Origin: Lingula anatina
Lineage: Eukaryota > Animalia > Brachiopoda
Length of the DNA stretch: 64,000 nucleotides
Direction of reading: 5' to 3'
NCBI GenBank assembly: GCA_051362555.1
Contig: CM120646.1
Span: 9,238,001 to 9,302,000 of the forward strand
Shown: positions 51,125 to 64,000 of the stretch, piece by piece
Layout: every line of letters starts with the position of its first letter
Position numbering within the stretch: the stretch's first letter is position 1
Translations under genes and position numbers: made by a program
The notes under the pieces: model-generated
Databases searched by the model: none
Told to the model about the DNA's origin: nothing
Seen by the model: the letters and a program-made list of their open reading frames with translations, nothing else

Positions 51125-54100
51125 TACAAGGAAAATGAGTGAAAACATAGCGGTACACATTCTTCACAATATATACAAACTCATTCAGTAACAATACAGA
51201 ATGGACACATCAAATAATATTAACAGACACAAAGACATTCATTGACGACACCATTATTCAGCGCAATAGTAATGATTACAACAAATAAAGTGACAAAACT
51301 GACATGCACTGTGCTCAAAATAAATACAAACATCAACATTAATGACACAAACGTACACAGTGCTCACAATAAATACTACCATCATCAGTAATGATTACAA
51401 AGATACACAATGATCATAATAAATACAAATTAACACATTCAATGAAGCATAAACATGCACAGAAATTGATAATGATTACAAAGAAATAAGAAATTCTTAC
51501 ACAGTGCTCAGAATTATATGCAGACACAAACAGTATTAACACAAACATACACAGTGATCAAAATAAATATTTACATGAACACTGACAATTATAACATGCC
51601 CTGTAATGACAATGAACACAAGGAAAGAAAGTGAAAACATAGCCGCACACATTCATCACAATATATACAAACACATTCAGTAACAATATAGAATGGACAC
51701 AGCAAACACAATATAAACAGACACATAGACATACATTGACAACACCATCATTCAGCGCAATAGTAATGATAACAAACAAATTGAGCGACAAACTGACATA
51801 CATAGTGCTGAGAATAAATACATACTCGAACAATGACAGCACAAATATGTACAGTAATCAAAAAATCAGTGACACAACCATGCACAGTTACCAGAATGAT
51901 CACAAATTAATTGGGTGATAACACAGTCATACACAGTGATAAAAAAAAAATTACCATGTACAGTGACCACAATAGCGTGCACTGTAATGACTTCAAATAC
52001 AAGGAAATAGAGTGAAAATATAACTGTACACATTCTTCACAATACTACAAACACATTCAGTAACAATACAGAATGGACACATCAAACAATATGAAAAGAC
52101 ACATAGACATATATTGATAACACCATCCCTCAGCTCAATAGTAATGATTACAAACAAAAAGTGACAAAATTGACATATATAGTGCTAACAATAAATACAA
52201 ACATTAACAGTAATGACACAAACATACACAGTGATCATATTAAATACAAACACAAACTATGTCAGCATACACATGCACAGTAATTGATAATGATTACAAA
52301 GAAATAGGACAAACATTCTTACACAGTGCTCAGAATTATATGCAGACACAAACAGTACCAACACAAACATACACAGTGATCAAAATAAATATTTACATGA
52401 ACATTGTCAATTGTAACATGCCCTGTAATGACAATGAACACAAGGAAAGAAAGTGAAAACATAGCCGCACACATTCATCACAATATATACAAACACATTC
52501 AGTAACAATATAGAATGGACACAGCAAACACAATATAAACAGACACATAGACATACATTGACAACACCATCATTCAGCGCAATAGTAATGATAACAAGCA
52601 AATTGAGCGACAAACTGACATACATACTGCTGAGAATACTAACATACTCGAACAATGACAGCACAAATATGTACAGTAATAAAAAAATCAGTGACACAAC
52701 CATGCACAGTTACCAGAATGATCACAAATTAATTGGGTGATAACACAGTCATACACAGTGATAAAAAAAAAATTACCATGTACAGTGACCACAACAGCGT
52801 GCACTGTAATGACTTCAAATACAAGGAAATAGAGTGAAAACATAACTGTACACATTCTTCACAATATATACAAACACATTCAGTAACAATACAGAGTGGA
52901 CACATCAAACAATATGAAAAGACACATAGACATACATTGATAACACCATCCCTCAGCTCAATAGTAATGATTACAAACAAAAAGTGACAAAATTGACATA
53001 TATAGTGCTAACAATAAATACAAACATTAACAGTAATGACACAAACATACACAGTGATCATATTAAATACAAACACAAACAATGTCAGCATACACATGCA
53101 CAGTAATTGATAATGATTACAAACAAATCTGACAAAACGACTTACAAAGTGCTCAGAATCATATGCAGACACAAACAGCAAAAATATAAATATACACAGA
53201 GATCAAAATAAATATTTACATGTACATTGACAATTGAAACGTGCACTGTAATGAGAATGAACACAAGGAAAAGAGTAAAAACAGCCCTACACATTCATCA
53301 CAATATATACAAACACATTCAGTAACATTCCAGAATAGACACAGCAAACAATGAATAAACAAAGACATAGACATACAGTGACAAAACCAAAATGCAGCGC
53401 AATAGGAATGATTACAAACAAAAGGAGTGACAAAACTGACATATACAGTGCTCACAATAAAAACAGCACACAAACAGCAATGATATACACAGTGATCACA
53501 ATAAATACAAATGTAAACAGGGACAGCAGAAACATGCACAGTAATTGATAATGATTACAAGCAAATAGGACAAACAGACTTACACAGTGCTCAGAATCAT
53601 ATGCAGACACAAACAGTACCAACAAAAACATACACAGTGATCAAAATAAAAATTAACATGTACATTGACAATTGTAACGTGCACCTTAATGTGAAAGAAC
53701 ACAAGGAAAGAAAGCGAAAACATAGCCATTCACATTCATCACAATAATAAAAACACATTCAATAACGATTATATAGAATGGACACAGCAAACACAATATA
53801 AACAGACACAAAGACATACATTGACAACACCATTATTCTGCACAATAGCAATGATTACAAACAAATAAAGTGACAAAACTGACATGCAAAGTGTTCACAA
53901 TAAATACAAACATCAACAGTAATGCCACAAACATTCAGATAATAAATACAAACACAAACAATGACAGCATAAACATGCACAGTAATTGATAATGATTACA
54001 AACAAATAGGACAAACATACTTACACAGTGCTCAGAATAGTATGCAGACACAAACAGTAAAAATATAAACATACACACTGATCAACAAAAATATTTATAT

Positions 54101-57100
54101 GTACATCGACAATTGTAACGTGCCCTGTAATGACAATGAACACAAGGAAAGAAAATGAAAACATAGCCGTACACATTCATCACAATGTATACAAGCACAT
54201 TCAGTAATATAGAATGGACACAGCAAACACAATATAAACAGACACATAGACATACATTGACAACACCATCATTTATCGCAATAGTAATGATTACAAACAA
54301 ATAGAGCAACAAAACTGACATACACAGTGCTGACAATAAATACAAACATAAACAGTAACAACACAAACATGCACAGTAATCAAAATAAATACAAACAAAC
54401 ACAGTCACAATACAGACTACACAGTGTTCACAAAAAAAATTTGAAATGTACAGTGACACAACCATGCACAGTTACCAGAATGATCACAAATTAATTGGGT
54501 GATAACACAGTAATACACAGTGATCAGTGATGTAGTGAAAACACAGACAAACACAGTGAAAAAAAAATATTACCATGTACAGTGACCACAAAAGCATGCA
54601 CTGTAATGACTTCAAATACAAGGAAATAGAGTGAAAACATAGCTGTACACATTCTTCACAATTTATACAAACACATTCAGTAACAATACAGAATGGACAC
54701 ATCAAACAATATAAACAGACACATAGACATACATTGACAACACCATCACTCAGCTCAATAGTAATGATAACAAACAAATAGAGCAACAAACTGACATGCA
54801 CAGTGCTCACAATAAATACAAACATCATCAGTAATGATGCAAACATACACAGTGATCATAATAAATACAAACACAAACAATGACACCATAAACATGCACG
54901 GTAATTGATAATGATTACAAACAAATAGGACAAACAGACTTACACTGTGCCCAGTATAGTATGCAGACACAAACAGTAAAAATATAAATATACACAGAGA
55001 TCAAAATAAATATTTACATGTACATTGACAATTGGAACGTGCACTGTAATGAGAATGAACACAAGGAAAAGAGTAAAAACAGCCCAACACATTCATCACA
55101 ATATATACAAACACATTCAGTAAAATTCCAGAATAGACACAGCAAACAATAAATAAACAAAGAAATAGACATACAGTGACAACACCAAAATGCAGCACAA
55201 TAGTAATGATTACAAACAAAAAGAGTGACAAACTGACATATACAGTGCTCACAATAAAAACAGCACACCAACAGCAATGATATACACAGTGATCACAATA
55301 AATACAAATGTAAACAGTGACAGCAGAAACATGCACAGTAATTGATAATGATTACAAACAAATAGGACAAACAGACATACACAGTGCTCAGAATCGTATG
55401 CAGACACAAACAGTACCAACAAAAACATACACAGTGATCAAAATAAATATTTACATGAACATTGACAATTGTAACGTGCCCTGTAATGACAATGAACACA
55501 AGGAAAGAAAGTGAAAACATAGCTGTACACATTCATCGCAATATATACAAACACATTCAGTAACAATACAGAATGGACACAGCAAACACAATATAAACAG
55601 ACACAAAGACATACATTGACAACACTATCATTCAGCTCATTAGTAATGATTATAAACAAACAGTGACAAAATTGACATATATAGCGCTCATAATAAATGC
55701 AAACATTAACAGTAATGACACAAACATACACAGTGATCATAATAAATACAAAGACAAACAGTGACAGCATAAACATGCACAGTAATTGATAATGATTACA
55801 AACAAATGGGACAAACAGACTTACACAGTGCTCAGAATAGTATGCAGACACAAACAGTAAAAATATAAACATACACAGAGATCAAAATAAATATTTACTT
55901 GTACATTATCAATTGTAAAGTGCACCTTAATGACAATTAACACAATGAAAGAAAGTGAAAACATAGCTGTTCACATTTTTCAAAATATATAAAACACATT
56001 TAGTAACAATATAGAATGGACACAGCAAACACAATATAAACAGACACATAGACAACAATTGTTACATTGACAACACCATCATGCAGCGCAATAGTAATGA
56101 TAATAAACAAATAGAGTGACAAAACTGACATAAACAGTGCTGACAATAAATACAAACTTGAACAGTGGAAACACAAACATGCACAGTAATCAAAATTAAT
56201 ACAAACAAACACAGTCACAATACAGACTACACAGTGATCACAAAAAAATTTGACATGTACAGTGACACAGCCATGCACAGTTACCAGAATGAACACAAGA
56301 AAAAAGATTGAAGAAGCCCCACACAGCCAATACAATATATATAAACACATTCAGTAACAATAGAGAATAGACACAGCAAACAGAATATGAACAGACACAT
56401 AGATATAAAGTGACAACATAAAAATGCAGCGCAATAGTAATGATAACAACCAAATAGAGTGACAAAACTGATATACACACTGCTCACAATAAATACAAAC
56501 ACCAACAGTAATGACAGAAACATATACAGCGATCAAAATATATTAACATGTACATTGACAACAATAATGTGTACCAGAATGACAACAAATACAGGGAAAA
56601 ACGATGAAAACATAGGCGTACACATTCCTCACAATATATACAAACAAATTCAGAAAAAATACAGAATAGACAAAGCAAATAATATAAACAGACACACAGA
56701 CCTATATTTACCACATAATTATTCAGCACAATAGTAATGATTACAAACAAATAAAGTGACAATACTGACATACACAGTGCTCACAATAAATACAAACATC
56801 AACATTAATGACACAAACATACACAGTAATCATAATAAATACAAACACAAACATTGACAACATAAACATGCACAGTAATTGATAATGATTACAAACAAAT
56901 AGGACAAACAGACTTACACAGTGCACAGAATCATATGCAGATACAAACAGTAACAACACAAACATACACAGTTATCAAAATAAATATTTACATGTACATT
57001 GACAATTGTAACAAACGTACCCCGTAATGACAATGAACACAAGGAAAAAAGAGAAAACATAGCCGTACACATTCATCACAATATACACAAAAACTTTCAG

Positions 57101-60100
57101 TAACAATACAGAATGGACACAGCAAATACAATATAAAGAGACACAAAGACGTACATTGACAACAGCATTATTCAGCGCAATAGTAATGATTACAAACAAA
57201 GAAAGTGACAAAACTGACATGCACAGTGCTCTCAATAAATACTAACATCATCAGTAATGATGCAAACATTAAGATAATAAATACAAACACAAACAATGAC
57301 AGCATAAACATGCTCAGTAATTGATGATGTTTACAAACAAATAGGACAAACAGTAACAGCACAAACATACACAGTGATTAAAATAAATATTTACATGTAC
57401 ATTGACAATTGTAACGTGCCCCGTAATGACAATGAACACAAGGAAAGAAAATGAAAACATAGCCATACACATTCATCACAATATATACAAGCACATTCAG
57501 TAATATAGAATGGACACAGCAAACACAATATAAACAGACACATAGACATACATTGACAACACCATCATTTATCGCAATAGTAATGATTACAAGCAAATAG
57601 AGCAACAAAACTGACATACACAGTGCTGACAATAAATACAAACATAAACAGTGACAACACAAACATGCACAGTAATCAAAATTAATACAAACAAACAGTC
57701 ACAATACAGACTACACAGTGTTCACAAAAAAATTTGAAATGTACAGTGACACAACCATGCACAGTTACCAGAGTGATCACAAATTAATTGGGTGATAACA
57801 CAGTAATACACAGTGATCAGTAATGTAGTGAAAACATAGACAAAAACAGTGAAAAAAAAATATTACCATGTACAGTGACCACAATAGCATGCACTGTAAT
57901 GACTTCAAATACAAGGAAATAGAGTGAAAACATAGCTGTACACATTCTTCACAATTTATACAAACACATTCAGTAACAATACAGAATGGACACATCAAAC
58001 AATATAAACAGACACATAGACAAACATTGACAACACCATCACTCAGCTCAATAGTAATGATAACAAACAAATAGAGCAACAAACTGACATGCACAGTGCT
58101 CACAATAAATACAAACAGTAATGATGCAAACATACAGAGTGATCATAATAAATACAAACACAAACAATGACACCATAAACATGCACAGTAATTGATAATG
58201 ATTACAAACAAATAGGACAAACAGACTTACATTGTGCCCAGTATAGTATGCAGACACAAACAGTAAAAATATAAATATACACAGAGATCAAAATAAATAT
58301 TTACATGTACATTGACAATTGTAACGTGCACTGTAATGAGAATGAACACAAGGAAAAGAGTAAAAACAGCTCTACACATTCATCACAATATATACAAACA
58401 CATTCAGTAAAATTCCAGAATAGACACAGCAAACAATAAATAAACAAAGACATAGACATACAGTGACAACACCAAAATGCAGCACAATAGTAATGATTAC
58501 AAACAAAAAGAGTGACAAAACTGACATATACAGTGCTCACAATAAAAACAGCACACCAACAGCAATGATATACACAGTGATCACAATAAATACAAATGTA
58601 AACAGGGACAGCAGAAACATGCACAGTAATTGATAATGATTACAAGCAAATAGGACAAACAGACTTACACATAGAATCATATGCAGACACAAACAGTACC
58701 AACAAAAACAACACAGTGATCAAAATAAATATTTACATGAACATTGACAATTGTAACGTTCCCTGTAATGACAATGAACACAAGGAAAGAAAGTGAAAAC
58801 ATAGTCGTACACATTCATTACAATATACACAAACACATTCAGTAACAAAACAGAATAGACACATAAAACAGAAGATGACCAGACACAAAGACATACATTG
58901 ACAACACCATCAAGCAGTGCAATAGTAATGATTACAAACAAATAAAGTGACAAAACTGACATGCACAGTGCTCACAATAAATACAAACTTGAACAGTGGA
59001 AACACAAACATACATAGTAATAATGATAAATACAATTTAACACATTCAATGACAGTTTAAATATGCACAGTAATTGATAATGATTACAAACAAATAGGAC
59101 AAACATACTTACACAGTGCTCAGAATCATATGCAGATACAAACATTTACGGCACAAACATACACAGTGATCAAAATAAAAATTTACATGTACATTGACAA
59201 TTGTAACATGCACCTTAATGTCAAAGAACACAGGGAAAGAAAGTGAAAACATAGCCATTCACATTCATCACAATAATACAAACACATTCAATAACAATTA
59301 TATAGAATGGACACAGCAAACACAATATCAACAGACACAAAGACATACATTGACAACACCATTATTCAGCACAACAGTAATGATTAGAAACAAATAAAGT
59401 GACAATTAAAACTGACATGCAAAGTGCTCACAATAAATACAAACATCAACAGTAATGACACAAACATACAGATAATAAATACAAACACAAACAATGACAC
59501 CATTAACATGCACAGTAATTGATAATGATTACAAACAAATAGGACAAACTGAATTACACTGTGCTCAGAATAGTATGCAGACACAAACAGTAACAGCACA
59601 AACATACACAGTGATTAAAATAAATATTTACATGTACATTGACAATCGTAATGTGCCCCGTAATGACAATGAACACAAGGAAAGAAAATGAAAACATAGC
59701 CGTACACATTCATCACAATATATAGAAACACATTTAGTAACAAAATAGAATGGACACAGCAAACACAAACATCAAAAGTAATGCCACAAACATTAAGATA
59801 ATAAATACAAACACAAACAATGACAGCATAAACATGCACAGTAATTGATAATGTTTACAAACAAATAGGACAAACAGACTTACACAGTGCTCAGAATCAT
59901 ATGCAGTTACAAACAGTAACAGCACAAACATACACAGTGATTAAAATAAATATTTACATGTACATTGACAATCGTAATGTGCCCCGTAATGACAATGAAC
60001 ACAAGGAAAGAAAATGAAAACATAGCCGTACAGATTCATCACAATATATACAAGCACATTCAGTAATATAGAATGGACACAGCAAACACAATATAAACAG

Positions 60101-63100
60101 ACACATAGACATACATTGACAACACCATCATTTATCGCAATAGTAATGATTACAAACAAATAGAGCAACAAAACTGACATACACAGTGCTGACAATAAAT
60201 ACAAACATAAACAGTAACAACACAAACATGCACAGTAATCAAAATAAATACAAACAAACACAGTCACAATACAGACTACACAGTGTTCACAAAAAAAATT
60301 TGAAATGTACAGTGACACAACCATGCACAGTTACCAGAATGATCACGAATTAATTGGGTGATAACACAGTAATACACAGTGATCAGTGATGTAGTGAAAA
60401 CACAGACAAACACAGTGAAAAAAAAATTTTTACCATGTACAGTGACCACAAAAGCATGCACTGTAATGACTTCAAATACAAGGAAATAGAGTGAAAACAT
60501 AGCTGTACACATTCTTCACAATTTATACAAACACATTCAGTAACAATACAGAATGGACACATCAAACAATATAAACAGACACATAGACATACATTGACAA
60601 CACCATCACTCAGCTCAATAGTAATGATAACAAACAAATAGAGCAACAAACTGACATGCACAGTGCTCACAATAAATACAAACATCATCAGTAATGATGC
60701 AAACATACACAGTGATCATAATAAATACAAACACAAACAATGACACCATAAACATGCACGGTAATTGATAATGATTACAAACAAATAGGACAAACAGACT
60801 TACACTGTGCCCAGTATAGTATGCAGACACAAACAGTAAAAATATAAATATACACAGAGATCAAAATAAATATTTACATGTACATTGACAATTGAAACGT
60901 GCACTGTAATGAGAATGAACACAAGGAAAAGAGTAAAAACAGCCCTACACATTCATCACAATATATACAAACACATTCAGTAAAATTCCAGAATAGACAC
61001 AGCAAACAATAAATAAACAAAGACATAGACATACAGTGACAACACCAAAATGCAGCACAATAGTAATGATTACAAACAAAAAGAGTGACAAAACTGACAT
61101 ACACAGTGCTCACAATAAAAACAGCACACCAACAGCAATGATATACACAGTGATCACAATAAATACAAATGTAAACAGTGACAGCAGAAACATGCACAGT
61201 AATTGATAATGATTACAAACAAATAGGACAAACAGACATACACAGTGCTCAGAATCGTATGCAGACACAAACAGTACCAACAAAAACATACACAGTGATC
61301 AAAATAAATATTTACATGAACATTGACAATTGTAACGTGCCCTGTAATGACAATGAACACAAGGAAAGAAAGTGAAAACATAGCTGTACACATTCATCGC
61401 AATATATACAAACACATTCAGTAACAATACAGAATGGACACAGCAAACACAATATAAACAGACACAAAGACATACATTGACAACACTATCATTCAGCTCA
61501 TTAGTAATGATTATAAACAAACAGTGACAAAATTGACATATATAGTACTCATAATAAATACAAACATTAACAGTAATGACACAAACATACACAGTGATCA
61601 TAATAAATACAAAGACAAACAGTGACAGCATAAACATGCACAGTAATTGATAATGATTACAAACAAATGGGACAAACAGACTTACACAGTGCTCAGAATA
61701 GTATGCAGACACAAACAGTAAAAATATAAACATACACAGAGATCAAAATAAATATTTACTTGTACATTATCAATTGTAAAGTGCACCTTAATGACAATTA
61801 ACACAATGAAAGAAAGTGAAAACATAGCTGTTCACATTTTTCAAAATATATGAAACACATTTAGTAACAATATAGAATGGACACAGCAAACACAATATAA
61901 ACAGACACATAGACAACAATTGTTACATTGACAACACCATCATGCAGCGCAATAGTAATGATAATAAACAAATAGAGTGACAAAACTGACATAAACAGTG
62001 CTGACAATAAATACAAACTTGAACAGTGGAAACACAAACATGCACAGTAATCAAAATTAATACAAACAAACACAGTCACAATACAGACTACACAGTGATC
62101 ACAAAAAATTTGACATGTACAGTGACACAGCCATGCACAGTTACCAGAATGAACACAAGAAAAAAGATTGAAGAAGCCCCACACAGCCAATACAATATAT
62201 ATAAACACATTCAGTAACAATAGAGAATAGACACAGCAAACAGAATATGAACAGACACATAGATATAAAGTGACAACATAAAAATGCAGCGCAATAGTAA
62301 TGATAACAACCAAATAGAGTGACAAAACTGATATACACACTGCTCACAATAAATACAAACACCAACAGTAATGACAGAAACATATACAGCGATCAAAATA
62401 TATTAACATGTACATTGACAACAATAATGTGTACCAGAATGACAACAAATACAGGGAAAAACGATGAAAACATAGGCGTACACATTCCTCACAATATATA
62501 CAAACAAATTCAGAAAAAATACAGAATAGACAAAGCAAATAATATAAACAGACACACAGACCTATATTTACCACATAATTATTCAGCACAATAGTAATGA
62601 TTACAAACAAATAAAGTGACAATACTGACATACACAGTGCTCACAATAAATACAAACATCAACATTAATGACACAAACATACACAGTAATCATAATAAAT
62701 ACAAACACAAACATTGACAACATAAACATGCACAGTAATTGATAATGATTACAAACAAATAGGACAAACAGACTTACACAGTGCACAGAATCATATGCAG
62801 ATACAAACAGTAACAACACAAACATACACAGTTATCAAAATAAATATTTACATGTACATTGACAATTGGGACAAACGTACCCCGTAATGACAATGAACAC
62901 AAGGAAAAAAGAGAAAACATAGCCGTACACATTCATCACAATATACACAAAAACTTTCAGTAACAATACAGAATGGACACAGCAAATACAATATAAAGAG
63001 ACACAAAGACGTACATTGACAACAGCATTATTCAGCGCAATAGTAATGATTACAAACAAAGAAAGTGACAAAACTGACATGCACAGTGCTCTCAATAAAT

Positions 63101-64000
63101 ACTAACATCATCAGTAATGATGCAAACATTAAGATAATAAATACAAACACAAACAATGACTGCATAAACATGCTCAGTAATTGATGATGTTTACAAACAA
63201 ATAGGACAAACAGTAACAGCACAAACATACACAGTGATTAAAATAAATATTTACATGTACATTGACAATTGTAACGTGCCCCGTAATGACAATGAACACA
63301 AGGAAAGAAAATGAAAACATAGCCGTACACATTCATCACAATATATACAAGCACATTCAGTAATATAGAATGGACACAGCAAACACAATATAAACAGACA
63401 CATAGACATACATTGACAACACCATCATTTATCGCAATAGTAATGATTACAAGCAAATAGAGCAACAAAACTGACATACACAGTGCTGACAATAAATACA
63501 AACATAAACAGTGACAACACAAACATGCACAGTAATCAAAATTAATACAAACAAACAGTCACAATACAGACTACACAGTGTTCACAAAAAAATTTGAAAT
63601 GTACAGTGACACAACCATGCACAGTTACCAGAGTGATCACAAATTAATTGGGTGATAACACAGTCATACACAGTGATCAGTAATGTAGTGAAAACATAGA
63701 CAAAAACAGTGAAAAAAAAATATTACCATGTACAGTGACCACAATAGCATGCACTGTAATGACTTCAAATACAAGGAAATAGAGTGAAAACATAGCTGTA
63801 CACATTCTTCACAATTTATACAAACACATTCAGTAACAATACAGAATGGACACATCAAACAATATAAACAGACACATAGACATACATTGACAACACCATC
63901 ACTCAGCTCAATAGTAATGATAACAAACAAATAGAGCAACAAACTGACATGCACAGTGCTCACAATAAATACAAACATCATCAGTAATGATGCAAACATA
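51125..64000 (-). repeat. Inverted satellite array with a ~5.86-kb higher-order duplication
   Basis: Identical or near-identical spurious ORFs at offset ~5860 (54755/60615, 56741/62601, 57378/63238) and 822 (51736/52558). Runs off the window end. Confidence 0.95.

Overview
This is a repeat-dominated eukaryotic window with no host protein-coding gene; the transposon repertoire suggests a marine invertebrate, probably a mollusc (inference). Most of it is one ~49-bp satellite family (consensus GATCACTGTATGTGTTTATGTTGTTACTGTTTGTGTCTGTACATATTGT) with kb-scale higher-order duplications. The satellite is TG-rich on + up to ~31.3 kb and inverted (CA-rich, more diverged) after that. Embedded elements are: (i) two near-identical copies, ~17.7 kb apart, of a minus-strand non-autonomous Gypsy-like LTR element (541-bp LTR with TATA and AATAAA, PPT, PBS-like site, 44-bp 5' LTR stub); (ii) a full-length but disrupted RTE-X-like LINE with a 13-bp TSD, present in copy 2 only; (iii) a Tc1 DD34E transposase relic; (iv) a 5'-truncated LINE 3' end; (v) an internally deleted Ngaro/PAT-type tyrosine-recombinase retrotransposon with split direct repeats, containing a nested Helentron-type HINE, a mini-HINE and a 6-bp-TSD MITE. 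The most notable observations are a 12-RSS-like heptamer/12-bp spacer/nonamer geometry in the satellite monomer, identity between the satellite core and the HINE subterminal repeat, and a duplicated three-way-junction RNA motif plus a candidate spliced micro-ORF in the LTR element. Nearly all Cys/Val/Leu/Tyr-rich ORFs in the track are satellite translation artefacts. Family assignments come from motif recognition only; no database search was run.
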